A stretch of 64,000 bases of DNA, taken from positions 25,296,001 through 25,360,000 of the forward strand of contig OZ024748.1 in NCBI GenBank assembly GCA_964016885.1, given 5' to 3'. Position numbers and translations under genes: made by a program. Below the pieces are notes generated by a model. The model was not told the origin of the DNA. It ran no database searches and saw nothing but the letters and a program-made list of their open reading frames with translations. Positions 12,413 to 25,422 of the stretch are shown one piece after another (position 1 is the stretch's first letter; every line of letters begins with the position of its first letter). The DNA comes from Eledone cirrhosa (taxonomy: Eukaryota).

Positions 12413-15400
12413 CATCATCATCATCATGGTTTAACGTCCATTTTCCACGCTAGCATGGGTTACACGGGTTGCCTCGTTTGAGGCTAGTTGGGTCAGGTGA
12501 TTGTGTCTTGCTCATACAGAACTGTTTCTGGCTTGGTTTCTATGACTGGATGTCCTTCCAAATGCCAACCACATTTACAGTGTGTGCTGGGGCCTTTTTG
12601 TCATGATATCTACACGACCAATTTACAGTGTGGGCTGGGTGATTTTTATTGTGACTCCTACACGACCACTTTACAGTGTGGGCTGGGTGATTTTTATTGT
12701 GACTCCTACACGACCACTTTACAGTGTGGGCTGGGTGATTTTTATTGTGACTCCTACACGACCACTTTACAGTGTGGGCTGGGTGATTTTTATTGTGACT
12801 CCTACACGACCACTTTACAGTGTGGGCTGGGTGATTTTTATTGTGACTCCTACACGACCACTTTACAGTGTGGGCTGGGTGATTTTTATTGTGATTCCTA
12901 CATGACAACTTTACAGTGTGGGCTGGATGATTTTTATTGTGACTCCTACATGACAACTTTACAGTGTGGGCTGGGTGATTTTTATTGTGACTCCTACACG
13001 GCCACTTTACAGTGTGGGCTGGATGATTTTTATTGTGACTCCTAGACAACCACTTTACAGTGTGGGCTGGATGCTTTTTGTTGTGACTCCTACACGACCA
13101 CTTTACAGTGTGGGCTGGGTGATTTTTATTGTGACTCCTACACGACCACTTTACAATGTGGGCTGGGTGATTTTTATTGTGACTACTACATGACCACTTT
13201 ACAGTGTGGGCTGGGTGATTTTTATTGTGACTCCTATACGACCACTTTACAGTGTAGGCTGGATGATTTTTATTGTGACTCCTACACGACCACTTTACAG
13301 TGTGGGCTGGGTGATTTTTATTGTGACTACTACATGACCACTTTACAGTGTGGGCTGGGTGATTTTTATTGTGACTCCTACACGACCACTTTACAGTGTG
13401 GGCTGGGTGATTTTTATTGTGACTCCTACACGACCACTTTACAGTGTGGGCTGGATGATTTTTATTGTGACTCCTACACGACCACTTTACAGTGTGGGCT
13501 GGGTGATTTTTATTGTGACTCCTACACGACCACTTTACAGTGTGGGCTGGGTGATTTTTATTGTGACTCCTACACGACCACTTTACAGTGTGGGCTGGGT
13601 GATTTTTATTGTGACTCCTATACGACCACTTTACAGTGTGGGTGATTTTTATTGTGACTCCTAGACAACCACTTTACAGTGTGGGCTGGGTGATTTTTAT
13701 TGTGACTCCTACACGACCACTTTACAGTGTGGGCTGGGTGATTTTTATTGTGACTCCTACACGACCACTTTACAGTGTGGGCTGGGTGATTTTTATTGTG
13801 ACTCCTAGACAACCACTTTACAGTGTGGGCTGGGTGATTTTTATTGTGACTCCTAGACAACCACTTTACAGTGTGGGTGATTTTTATTGTGACTCCTACA
13901 CGACCACTTTACAGTGTGGGCTGGGTGATTTTTATTGTGACTCCTACACGACCACTTTACAGTGTGGGTGATTTTTATTGTGACTCCTACACGACCACTT
14001 TACAGTGTGGGTGATTTTTATTGTGACTCCTACACGACCACTTTACAGTGTGGGCTGGGTGATTTTTATTGTGACTCCTATACGACCACTTTACAGAGTG
14101 GGCTGGGTGATTTTTATTGTGACTCCTACACGACCACTTTACAGTGTGGGCTGGGTGATTTTTATTGTGACTCCTAGACAACCACTTTACAGTGTGGGCT
14201 GGGTGATTTTTATTGTGACTCCTACACGACCACTTTACAGTGTGGGCTGGGTGATTTTTATTGTGACTCCTACACGACCACTTTACAGTGTGGGCTGGGT
14301 GATTTTTATTGTGACTCCTACACGACCACTTTACAGTGTGGGCTGGGTGATTTTTATTGTGACTCCTACACGACCACTTTACAGTGTGGGCTGGGTGATT
14401 TTTATTGTGACTCCTACACGACCACTTTACAGTGTGGGCTGGGTGATTTTTATTGTGACTCCTACACGACCACTTTACAGTGTGGGCTGGGTGATTTTTA
14501 TTGTGACTCCTACACGACCACTTTACAGTGTGGGCTGGGTGATTTTTATTGTGACTCCTATACGACCACTTTACAGTGTGGGCTGGGTGATTTTTGTTGT
14601 GACTCTTACACGACCACTTTACAGTGTGGGCTGGGTGATTTTTATTGTGACTCTTACACGACCACTTTACAATGTGGGCTGGGTGATTTTTATTGTGACT
14701 CCTACACGACCACTTTACAGTGTGGGCTGGGTGATTTTTATTGTGACTCCTATACGACCACTTTACAGTGTGGGCTGGGTGATTTTTAATGTGACTCCTA
14801 TACGACCACTTTACAGTGTGGGCTGGGTGATTTTTATTGTGACTCCTACACGACCACTTTACAGTGTAGGCTGGGTGATTTTTATTGTGACTCCTATACG
14901 ACCACTTTACAGTGTGGGTTATTTTTATTGTGTTCCTAGACAACCACTTTACAGTGTGGGCTGGGTGATTTTTATTGTGACTCCTACACAACCACTTTAC
15001 AGTGTGGGCTGGGTGATTTTTATTGTGACTCCTACACGACCACTTTACAGTGTGGGCTGGGTGAGTTTTATTGTGACTCCTACACGACCACTTTACAGTG
15101 TGGGCTGGGTGATTTTTATTGTGACTCCTACACAACCACTTTACAGTGTGGGCTGGGTGATTTTTATTGTGACTCCTACACGACCACTTTACAGTGTGGG
15201 CTGGGTGATTTTTATTGTGACTCCTACACGACCACTTTACAGTGTGGGCTGGGTGATTTTTATTGTGACTCCTACACGACCACTTTACAGTGTGGGCTGG
15301 GTGATTTTTATTGTGACTCCTACACGACCACTTTACAGTGTGGGCTGGGTGATTTTTATTGTGACTCCTACATGACAACTTTACAGTGTGGGCTGGATGA

Positions 15401-15978
15401 TTTTTATTGTGACTCCTCCACGACCACTTTACAGTGTGGGCTGAGTGATTTTTATTGTGACTCCTACATGACAACTTTACAGTGTGGGCTGGATGATTTT
15501 TATTGTGACTCCTACATGACAACTTTACAGTGTGGGCTGGATGATTTTTATTGTGACTCCTAGACAACCACTTTACAGTGTGGGCTGGATGCTTTTTGTT
15601 GTGATACCAACACAACAACTGTACAGTGTGAACAGAAGTGGGTGGGTGTTTGGGTGTGGGATGTTTATGGAAGGGTGTAGGTTATGTTTCAGTCCATGCG
15701 CATGGGATGGTTGGTCATCTGTATTACTGCATAGTGCCAAAGATCTCGATCCTGTGTCATTATCTTTGAGAGGCGTAATTGTGCTAAGTCAGCTTTTATC
15801 ACCTCATTCCAGGTCTTCCTGGGTCTACCTACTCCATAGCTTCCATCAATTTTGATTGCCCTGCACCTTATTATAAAGCTGTCATCCTTCATATGCATCA
15901 CATGACCATACCAACACAATCTCCTCTCTAGCACACTGCATCTGAACCCTCTTACGCCCAATTTCTCTCTTAGTTCAA
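12413..15978 (-). mobile_element. 5-prime-truncated RTE LINE whose 3-prime UTR carries a 3-kb minisatellite expansion
   Basis: Minus ORF end ERRLCWYGHVMHM..GRPRKTWNEVIKADL at 15689-15961; 3-prime UTR modules; (GAT)n tail at about 12413-12427. Confidence 0.8.
12574..15630. repeat. 48-bp minisatellite (about 63 copies, a few 43-bp units)
   Basis: Unit TTTACAGTGTGGGCTGGGTGATTTTTATTGTGACTCCTACACGACCAC. Confidence 0.97.
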
Positions 15979-15984
15979 ATATAT

Positions 15985-16380
15985 AAACCTACAGTCAGTA
16001 GGCACCTCTTAACCAAATATACACTCCACCCCACTACCCCTACTCCATCCTCCCACTTCCACCCACACCACCCTTTCTCTGTAAAGTTATGTTGGTACCA
16101 CAGAACATCCAGTCCACACTGTAAAGTGGTTGTGTAGGTGTCACCTCAAAAAGCACCCAGTCCATGCTGTAAAGTGGTCATGTAGGAAACACGGTAAAAA
16201 GGCTCCCAGTCCACACTGTAAATGTGGTTGGTGTTAGGAATGGCATCCAGACATAGAAAACCAGCCAAATAAAGTTCTATATGAGTGAATCATGGTCACC
16301 TGACCAATCTTGCCTCAAGTAGGACAATCCCGTCTAACCCATGCTAGCGTGGAAGATGGACATTAAACAATGATGATGAT
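15985..16380 (+). mobile_element. RTE LINE 3-prime UTR fragment
   Basis: Closely matches 23530-23876 (AACCTAC.GTCAGTAGGCACCTCTTAACC..(GAT)n). Confidence 0.85.
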
Positions 16381-16544
16381 TATATATGTATATATGTATA
16401 TATATGTATCATCATCATCATCATCATCATCATCTTCGTTTAACGTCCATCTTCCACGCTAGCATGGGTTATATATATTTAATAGTTCTCTTCTCTTAGA
16501 ATTTATATAAATGCATTTTCTTAACATCTGTATAGCATACAAGT

Positions 16545-16786
16545 ATAAGGGTAAACACCCCCTTTGGTCACAAATGACCATTGGGATTTTCACGAAGAAA
16601 GTTTCTCTCCAAGGTACAAGTCCAGGCAAGGTTGTTTGTGGAAGACCAACAGTCGCCCATGCATACCAGTCTTCCCTCTCCACGCCATTGATGTTTCCAA
16701 GGGAAAGGCAATGGCCGATACAGCTTGGCACCAGTGACGTCGCAACTCATTTCTACAACTGAGTGAACTGGAGCAACATGAAATAA
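16545..16786 (-). mobile_element. CORE-like SINE 3-prime part
   Basis: Homologous to 32190-32350 (CCAGGCAAGG..GGAAGA..CAGTC..GCAACTCATTT..CTGAGTGAACT..GAAATAAAG). Confidence 0.65.
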
Positions 16787-17646
16787 AGAACTAGAAAATA
16801 AGTTCAAACTATGGAAACAGAATTTGGAATCAAAAGGTCTGAGAGTAAACTTAACTGAAACTAAAGAAAGATGATAGGACCCTGATCCCTTCAGGGAAGT
16901 GGCCCTGTTCCATATGTAGAAAAGGAGTAGGCATAAGCTCCACACTGCATACACAATATAAATCTTGGGCACACAAGAAATGTAGTGGGATAACGGGTAG
17001 ACTAACAGGAAAAGAAGATTTTGTATGTAGAAGATGCACAGGAGTAATCAAAGGGAAGAGCAGCAGTAATATAAACCTCTTCAAGTCACAGGAAGGTTCC
17101 ATAGAAGTGGTTGGTAGCTTCTGTTATTTAGGTGACTACAGAGCTACTTGCACTGTTGACAACAAAACGTTTCTCCCTACATATTAAAGGACAACTGTAT
17201 GATGCCTGTGTGTAAAATGTGATGTTGCATGGTAGTGAAACATGGGCATTGACTGCAGAAGACATGCGTAGACTGGAAAGAAATGAAGCAGCCATGTTTC
17301 ATTGGATGTGCAATATAAATATGAGAGAGAAGTAGAGCTTGGATGAGCTGAGGGAGAAGCTGTTTTTAAGAGGAATCTGAGGTGGTGTACAGGAGAGAAG
17401 ACTGCGTTGGTACGAACATGTGATGTGCATGGATGATGATCTATGGGTGTAGAAGTGTCAATAAATGCCAGTGGAAGGAAGCTGCAGTAGAGGTAGATCT
17501 AGGCAAAGGTGGTGAAAGCTGATCTCAAATCACTGAGATGCCAAAGACACACAGTGAGTGGAGAGATGCTGTGTTGAGAAGGACTCATCGAACCCATGCA
17601 AGCATGGAAAAACGGACATAAAAATGATGATGATGATGATGATGAT
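16787..17646 (+). mobile_element. RTE LINE 3-prime fragment (decayed RT C-terminus and tail)
   Basis: ELENKFKLWKQNLESKGLRVNL..KWPCSICRKGVG..MLHGSETWAL..ERRLRWY with stops and frameshifts; (GAT)n tail. Confidence 0.88.
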
Positions 17647-17701
17647 ATATAGTATTTATTTAATCAACATCATGACTGAGAAAGGTTTTGTTTATTTACA
17701 G

Positions 17702-17858
17702 ATATGGAGGATTGTCATCAATGTACAGTGGATTTGAAGCCCGACTCCTTCAGAGCATTCTTGGTGGTGCTGTTACATTTTTACTCTATGAGAAAATATC
17801 AATGTTCGTGTTTAGGTTGATGGGCATCAAATATTCTCTTCCTGAACATATGTCATAA
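17702..17858 (+). CDS. SLC25A17: SLC25A17/PMP34-like terminal coding exon
   Basis: TTTACAG acceptor; phase-2 join gives RYGGLSSMYSGFEARLLQSILGGAVTFLLYEKISMFVFRLMGIKYSLPEHMS-stop (compare [26 protein letters not shown]); TAA 17856-17858. Confidence 0.92.
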
Positions 17859-18587
17859 CATATATCTAAGTTGTTATTGTTGTTTTTGTTGCTGTTGTCA
17901 TTTAGTCCTAGACAACTTAAGGCTATCTTATTTAATATGTCCTGTCTTTAATTAGAATGGTAGGCTATGATTTGAAGGAGATTAGGCTGCCATTTCTAGC
18001 ATTTCAAGTGACCAGATTGAGGCTCATCATTCATTGATTTATCATATGTCTAAATATTAGACATTGCCATTATATTCTTTGTGAATTTCTCTTTACATTC
18101 CTTTCTGTTGAATCTATTCCATTACTTCAGTTGTAGATAAAATAAAGTACCAGTCAAGTATTGGAGATGATTTAATCTACTTGACTCTTCCCCAAAATTT
18201 GTTGGCCTTGTGCCTAAATTAGAAATTAATATTAACCCTCTCTATCTAGTTCTATTAATTGAATCTATCCTAATATTCTACCTTAGTTTCTCTAACACAT
18301 CCAATTTTATAGCCCTTTTCCTACTTGACATCTTTTAACAAATCCTTTTCTTATTACTTATTATCTGTTCTAAATCTACTGAATCTCTTTTCACATTCCA
18401 TCTCAGTTTTAATGAGTCTAATCTAAACCCTCCCCTCACCACTATTGGATCTGATATAACATTCCACTACTACTGAGTGTGATCTAATACTAAGCTATTA
18501 GGTCTGTTCTAATCCTCCACTATTATTCAATCTGATCTCATTATGGAAGAACCAGTTTAACTATTTTCAAAACAAAGAAAAATTACA

Positions 18588-18900
18588 CATACATCCTGAT
18601 ATTCCATTGTATACAACCTGATCTTCCATTGTATACATCCTGATCTTTCATTGTATACATCCTGATATTCCATTGTATACATCCTGAACTTCCATTCCAT
18701 ACATCCTGATATTCCATTGTATACATCCTGATATATCCTGATCTTCCATTCCATACACCTTGATCTTCCATTGTATACATCCTGATCTTCCATTACATAC
18801 ATCCTGATCTTCCATTACATACACCTTGATCTTTCATTACATACACCTTGATTGTCCATTACATACACCTTGATCTTCTATTGTATATATCTTGACATTC
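18588..18900. repeat. 22-bp tandem repeat
   Basis: TACATCCTGATCTTCCATTGTA repeated about 14 times. Confidence 0.9.
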
Positions 18901-19809
18901 CATAACATATATCTGTGATTTAAAACTATTACAAAAACACTGAATTTGCATTAGAGTTATCATTTTATGTCCATTTTTCCATGCTTGCATCGGTTGGATG
19001 AAACCCAGAGATTGTCCTGGCATCATGGACACTAAGTTACTGAAAGTACAAGACTCTCCCCTGCACAGGAGGTCAGTCCTTCACAGGGCTAACATCAAAC
19101 TACTGCTGCTGCTGCTGCCAGTAATCATTCTCAGCTGAGTGAAATTGAGCAACAGGGCATTGCCCGATCTGGGAATCGAACTCATGACCAACACCCCAAC
19201 CACTAGGCCATTCAACTTCACTTACAAAAACTATAATGAGCCAAGCAATAACATTTTATCTAATATGTTATCAACAACATTGACACTCATTAACCTTTAT
19301 TAAATGTCATCTTTATTATTCTCCTTTCACTCTTTTACTAGTTCCACTCCCCAGAATCTAACCATTCTGACATATTGAGACATTGTATACCATTGATCTC
19401 ATTAAGCAATCAATCACCTATTCTATACAAACACAACCAATAGTACAAGTTCAGTTTCTATCTCTAAATATTGAAAATATTCATATATTCATGGTAGCTG
19501 GAATTTTCCAATCAAAATATAACAGTCCAAATAATAATTTTTAATAAATGATGTTTGTCCGAATCATTTACTTTTTTTAATCTTTCTACTTGTCTGTTTG
19601 TTTGTATGTCATCTATCTTAATTTATTTGACTATTAAACTTTCTCTCTATCTATATATTTTTTTCTATATAGCCATTTATCTCCATCAATTAATTTGATA
19701 ATATATATATACATATATTTTTAAGGAACGATCGACTTTCGTCAAATCAATGTTTCCGTTGGTCTTTCCAATTGCTACTACTATCTATCGGTCGCAACTC
19801 CAGGTAGAA

Positions 19810-19930
19810 GGAGCAACGTGAAATAAAGTGTCTTGCTCAAGGACATAACGCATCGCCTGGTCCAGGAATCGAACTCACAACCTTACGATTGCGAATCCAA
19901 TTCTCTAACCACTCAGCCACACGCCTTCAC
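19810..19930 (-). mobile_element. CORE-like tRNA SINE 5-prime part
   Basis: Minus strand GGCGTGTGGCTGAGTGGTTAGAG..GAGTTCGATTCC..CCTTGAGCAAGACACTTTATTTCAC. Confidence 0.75.
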
Positions 19931-19949
19931 TATATACATATATATATAT

Positions 19950-20028
19950 ATGACTTGTCTAACCCATGCAAATGAGGAAAAAATTGACGTTAGATGGTGA
20001 TGATGATAATTATATATATATATGTGTG

Positions 20029-20070
<42 letters not shown>

Positions 20071-20141
20071 TATATATATAATTATCATCATCACCATCTA
20101 ACGTCAATTTTTTCCTCATTTGCATGGGTTAGACAAGTCAT
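19950..20141. repeat. About 190-bp fold-back palindrome of an RTE tail around a TA/CA microsatellite
   Basis: ATGACTTGTCTAACCCATGCAAATGAGGAAAAAATTGACGTTAGATGGTGATG.. is present as an exact reverse complement. Confidence 0.92.
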
Positions 20142-20879
20142 CCATGCTTTGAGACAAGTCTGGCAAGTTGGCTACGCCGTACCTTGCTCAAACGAAATTG
20201 TATTTTGGCTGGTTTTTTACAACTGGATGCCCTTCCTAACACCAACCATGTTTACAGTGTGGAACTGAGTTATGAGGAGGGCCTGGTCAGTTGGCTGTGC
20301 CATACCCTGCTCATAGCAGAACTGCATTTTGGGAGCTAGGTGGTCTCATTGTGAGATGTCTGGCCAGTTGGCCACGCTGTACTTTGCTCATAGTTGAACC
20401 ATGTTTCGGCTGGGTTTTTATGACTGCTGGATACCCTTTCTAAACCCCAGCCACATTTACACCAACCTCATTTACAATGTGGAACTGAGTGGTTTCGTTA
20501 GGATAAGGGCCTGGCTAATTGGCCACGCTATACCCTGCTCATAGTGGAACCATATTTTGGGAGCTGTGTGGTCCCATTATGAGGAAAGTTTGGCCAGTTA
20601 GCTGTGCCTTATCTTTCTTGTAGTGGGACCGTGTTTTGGCTAGGTTTTTGCTGTTGCTGGATGCCCTTCTTAACACCAACCATGTTTACGGTGCAGGACT
20701 GGGTGATCCCATTATGATGTAAGTCTGTCCAGTTTGGCACGGTGCAATATTTCACAGCTGGATGCCATTTCCTAACACCAGCCACATTTACTGTGTGGAG
20801 CTGGGATTTACCAGCTTGAAACAAGTTTGACAAGTTGGCCATGCCATTCATTGCACATACTGGATATATATATATATTC

Positions 20880-23876
20880 AGACATGGAAGACCAAGACCA
20901 ACATAATTCCATCTCCCACACCCCTCCCTGTGCCCCCATCCCATCCCTTCCTCCTTCCCAACGAAATCCAAACCTTTAGAGCTGGTACAAGGAATGTAAG
21001 CACATTGAAAGGTCACTCAAATAAGGTTGTAGAGATGCTTGAACTTAAGGAAATTTGTTTGTTGTGTTCAAGAAACTAGGTGGAGGGGTGGGTCTGCTAG
21101 ATTCATTGTGGGTAAAAAACGATGCTATAAACTTTTCTAGATGGGAAATGACAATGGGCTGGGTGGAGTTGGAATTATGTTAGCAGAAAAATGGATAGAT
21201 AAGGTAATTGCCATAAAGAAAGTGAACGAGAGACTAATTAGAATAAGACTAGTTCTAAATAGAACAACTGTGTCAATAATATCTGTTTATGCACCCCAAT
21301 CTGGCCTACCTGATGTTATAAAAGACAGGTTTTGTGAGTCACTAATGCTCCCACCCTTCCAAATAACCGACAATGACTACATAATTGTTGCTGGCGACCT
21401 TAATGGTCATGTTGGACAACATTATGATGGCTATGATGGAATCCATGGGGGCTATGGTTTTGGTACTAGAAATGAGGAAGGCTTCAGGATCCTGGAAGTC
21501 TGTGATGCTAATAACCTAACTATCTGTAACACAAACTTCAAAGAACGAGACAGTCACTTGATCACCTATAGATCAGGGGAACACGCCAACCAGATAGATT
21601 TTATCCTTACTAGAAGACGAGACAGTATCTGTTGTAAACACTAAGTCCCTCCCTCGTGAAGAATGCATCTCCCAACATAGCCTAATAGTTAGTGGCCTTA
21701 TAGTCAGGAGTAGACGTACTCGACGACAGAGGACTACCTTGAGGAGAAGAATATGGATGTTGAAGGACCCCACAGCCAGTAACAAATTTATAAGCATATT
21801 ACTTGATGCTTTTGACAGTAAGGAAGAGCAATTAGAGACGTACAATATAAAGGAACAGTGGGAATTCCTGAAAGTTAACCTGCTGAAGGTGACAGATGAA
21901 ATCTGTAGCTGGGGCAGACCTTTAGGCAGGAGGAGAGTAACTTGGTGATGGAACAGTAAGGTGGAGGAGACAATCAAGGCCAAAAAGCAGGCTTGGAAAG
22001 AATGGCAGGATGGGGGGAAGTAGAGAACATTAGCAGGTGGCTAGGAGAGAAGCTAGGCAACAAGTGTACTTTGCAAAAAGGGAAGCAGAGGATAGAAAGT
22101 TCGAGCATGTTCTACAATGCAAGGACCAAAGATGTGAGGTGTTCAGGATAGCAAGACAATGCGTCAAGGAAAAATGTGATATTGTCGGGGAGAAGTGTGT
22201 CCGTAATGATGATGGTGTACTTGCCTTCACTGATACTGATAAGAAGGTAACTTGGAAGTGTCACGGATGCTTTCTTCCTTGTATGCCAACTACAGGAGAA
22301 GTACCTAGCTAAAAGTAAACCCCCTCTACTTAGCTTTTATTGACTTGGAGAAAGCCTTTGACAGAGTCCCACACTCCATTATCTGGTGGGCTCTTAGAAA
22401 ACTAGGAGTAGATGAATGGCTCGTGAGAGCTATACAAGCCATGTATAGAGGAACAGTCAGCAAGGTTAGAATTAACAATGAATAGAGTGAAGAATTTAGC
22501 GTAAAAATAGGTGTTCATCAAGGCTCTGTCCTTAGCCCCCTCCTGTTTATTATTACCCTACAGGCCATAACAGAAGAGTTTAAGACCGGTTGCCCATGGG
22601 AACTTCTATATGCAGATGATCTAACTCTCATAGCTGAATCTATGGCTGAACTAGAGAAGAAATTCCAAACATGGAAGTATGGCCTAGAATCAAAAGCCCT
22701 TAAAGTTAACTTGTCTAAGACTAAAGTTCTAGTATGTAGAAAGGAAAATAGGGCACAGGTGCCCTCTGGGAAATGGCCAAGCTCTGTGTATAAGAAAGGA
22801 GTAGTTAGAAATTCCATTCTATGCCCCAAATGCAAACTATGGGTACATAAAAGATGTAGTGTAATCACAGGCAAGCTATCAAAGAATGTAGATTTTATAT
22901 GTGGCAGATGCTCAGGTGCAGTAAGTAGCAAGTGCCCACAGGATGCTAGCTCCTTCAACTGCCCAAATGGCTCTATAGAATTAGTAGACACTTTCCATTA
23001 TCTGAGGGACAAAATCAGCAGTGTAGGAGGATGCTCTGAAAGTACAGTAGCCAGAGTTAGAATGGGATGGAAAAACTTCAGAGAGCCACAAAAGGTTTCT
23101 CTCTAAAAATGAGAGGCAGATGGTATGATGCTTGTATACGAACAGCAATGTTACATGGCAGTGAGACCTGGGCATTGTGTTCAGAGGACCTGATTAGAAA
23201 GGAATGATGTGTAATAGTAATATACACAAACGGTAAAACATAAATGAACTAAGTGAGAAATTAGGAATAAGAGGGATCAGATGCAGTTTACTTGAGAGGG
23301 AATTACGTTGGTATGGTCATGTGTGGTGCATGAAAGATGACAACTGTATAAAAAAGTGCAGGGCGATCAAATTGATGGAAGCTATGGAGTAGGTAGACCC
23401 AGAAAAACCTGAGACATGATAAAAACTGACCTTGCACATTTACACCTCTCTAAGACAATGTTACTGGATCGAGACCTTTGGCGCTACGCAGTAATACAGA
23501 AGACCCGCCTTCCCTTACGTACGAAGTTAAACCTACTGTCAGTAGGCACCTCTTAACCAAATATACACCCCACCCCACTACCCCTACTCCATCCTCCCAC
23601 TTCCATCCACACCACCCTTTCTCTGTAAAGTTATGTTGGTACCACAGAACATCCACTCCATGCTGTAAAGTGTTCGTGTAGGAGACACAGTAAATAGGCT
23701 CCCAGTCCACACTGTAAATGTGGTTTGTGTTAGGAAGGGCATCCAGCTGTAGAAAGCCTGCCAGATACTGTTCTATACAAGTGAAATATGGTCACCTGAC
23801 CAATCTTGCCTCAAGTAGGACAATCCCATCTAACCCACTCTAGCATGGAAGATGGATGTTAAATGATGATGATGAT
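20880..23876 (+). mobile_element. Near full-length, decayed RTE-clade LINE (APE + RT) with an internal deletion near 22262
   Basis: APE motifs VQETRW, GVGIML, SVYAPQ, AGDLNGHVG, QIDFIL; RT motifs FIDLEKAFDRVP, GVHQGSVLSPLLF, LLYADDL; multiple stops and frameshifts; (GAT)n tail. Confidence 0.95.
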
Positions 23877-24629
23877 ATATATGGTGCAGTTTAAGAAGTT
23901 TACATGCATTCCCATAGCACAGCACTTTAGACAAGTGAAAAAAGGAACATCAGTGCTGCCCTTCCTTCACTAAGTTATATATATGCAGGTATACACACAT
24001 AAAGGATAAATGTACATAAAATATACATAGATTAGTAAGAATAGCAACACTGGTGGTCCTCCCTTCACAGGAAAGTAAGAAGCCACAACTGTGGGAGAAA
24101 TATATCAAAATATGAAGTTATTCCCAGAATGAAAACCTGCTCCAGATGACACTAGCATGGTGGACTCTGTTAAAGACGTCTTACAGCTTCCAGATGTTTG
24201 TAACATGGTGGACTATGTTAAAGACACCCTTCAGCTAGAGGTGTAAAACCATGTGTTAGATTAAGCTTGTTCCCATGAACAGATGTAGTACATTTGTTGG
24301 GTTTTCACACAGTTTTTATCTACTCAAGATCACTCACAAAAGTTGAGTTGATGAGTGGCTATAATAAAAGACATTTATCCAAAGTTCCATGTTGTAGAAG
24401 AAGCAAAGAACAATGTGACTGTAAGGAAAAATTCTTCCATAGATGATTTCTTTACAACTTTCTTTATAATTGCTTGTTTCATGCTAACATACTCAATATA
24501 ATTGAGGTTACAAGTAATGGTCACATTTGGCACATTTCCACAGAGGAAAAATTTAGAATTTTATATTCCTTAGTTTTAGTCATTGGACAGTGGAATTGCC
24601 CCCAATCATAGTCAGTAGAATTGCTTTCA

Positions 24630-24800
24630 GAGGTTGTCATTGGACTCTGGAGTTGCTTCTAAATGTAGTTAATAGACTGAGGAGTTGCTTCCAGAGGTAG
24701 TCATTAGACTCTGGAGTTGCGTCCAGAGGTATTCATTAGACTCTGGAGTTGTTTCCAGAGGTTTTCATTAGACTGAGTTGCTTCCAGAGGTTGTCATTAC
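24630..24800. repeat. About 32-bp tandem repeat
   Basis: CATTAGACTCTGGAGTTGCTTCCAGAGGTAGT, about 5 degenerate copies. Confidence 0.8.
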
Positions 24801-24825
24801 TTTTTATATTGATGTTAATAATAAA

Positions 24826-24862
<37 letters not shown>

Positions 24863-25135
24863 GATATTGTTATATTTGGGGAGGGTCATATTGTTATGAT
24901 ATTGTTAGAAATAATAATAAAATACACTTACTGTTTGGTTTGGATTGGTTTTTGCTTCTTTATATTTTATATCCCTATAGTTAATTAAGCTGGCAATCAA
25001 TGTTTATCAGCTAAATTAATTATAGGGATATCAAATATACAGAAGCAAAAACCAATCCAAACCAAACAGTGAGTGTGTTATTATATATTTCTGGCAATAT
25101 CATAACAACATGACCCTCCTCAAATATAACAATAT
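24863..25135. mobile_element. Imperfect fold-back (MITE-like) element next to (TA)n
   Basis: About 125-bp arms, e.g. ACTGTTTGGTTTGGATTGGTTTTTGCTTCT / AGAAGCAAAAACCAATCCAAACCAAACAGT; short spacer; several mismatches. Confidence 0.75.
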
Positions 25136-25174
25136 TTATTTCAACACACGATTTCATATTAAAAATCTTGCAAA

Positions 25175-25223
<49 letters not shown>

Positions 25224-25248
25224 TGTAATAAACAACATAAGGCAATTA

Positions 25249-25308
25249 TTCCATTTACCAGTGGTTTCTTAAAAGCAAAAGATTTTGCTTTCAATCCTCA
25301 GAATGAAA
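25249..25308 (-). ncRNA. Type I hammerhead ribozyme (antisense arm)
   Basis: Exact reverse complement of 25363-25422. Confidence 0.85.
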
Positions 25309-25362
25309 AAATCCTGGTCTGTTTATTGAATTTGGATTTTAAAAACCTACAGACCAGGATTT

Positions 25363-25422
25363 TTTCATTCTGAGGATTGAAAGCAAAATCTTTTGCTTTT
25401 AAGAAACCACTGGTAAATGGAA
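25363..25422 (+). ncRNA. Type I hammerhead ribozyme
   Basis: Stem I UUUCAUU/AAUGGAA (7 bp); CUGAGGA 25370-25376; stem II UUGAAAGCAAA/UUUGCUUUUAA; GAAA 25403-25406; stem III ACC-ACU-GGU; GUA site, predicted cut after 25415. Confidence 0.88.

Noticed and set aside
12488-15618. Long ORFs of up to 543 aa on both strands
   Set aside because: Artefacts of a 48-bp (multiple of 3) minisatellite inside an intron and an RTE UTR; several frames are equally open.
12574-15630. CRISPR-like regular array
   Set aside because: No unique spacers; contiguous tandem units in a eukaryotic context. The same applies to 2186-10175 and 58373-58721.
15689-16380. Twin-priming inversion of a single LINE
   Set aside because: The minus-strand piece has its own 3-prime UTR and tail at 12413, so two back-to-back insertions fit better.
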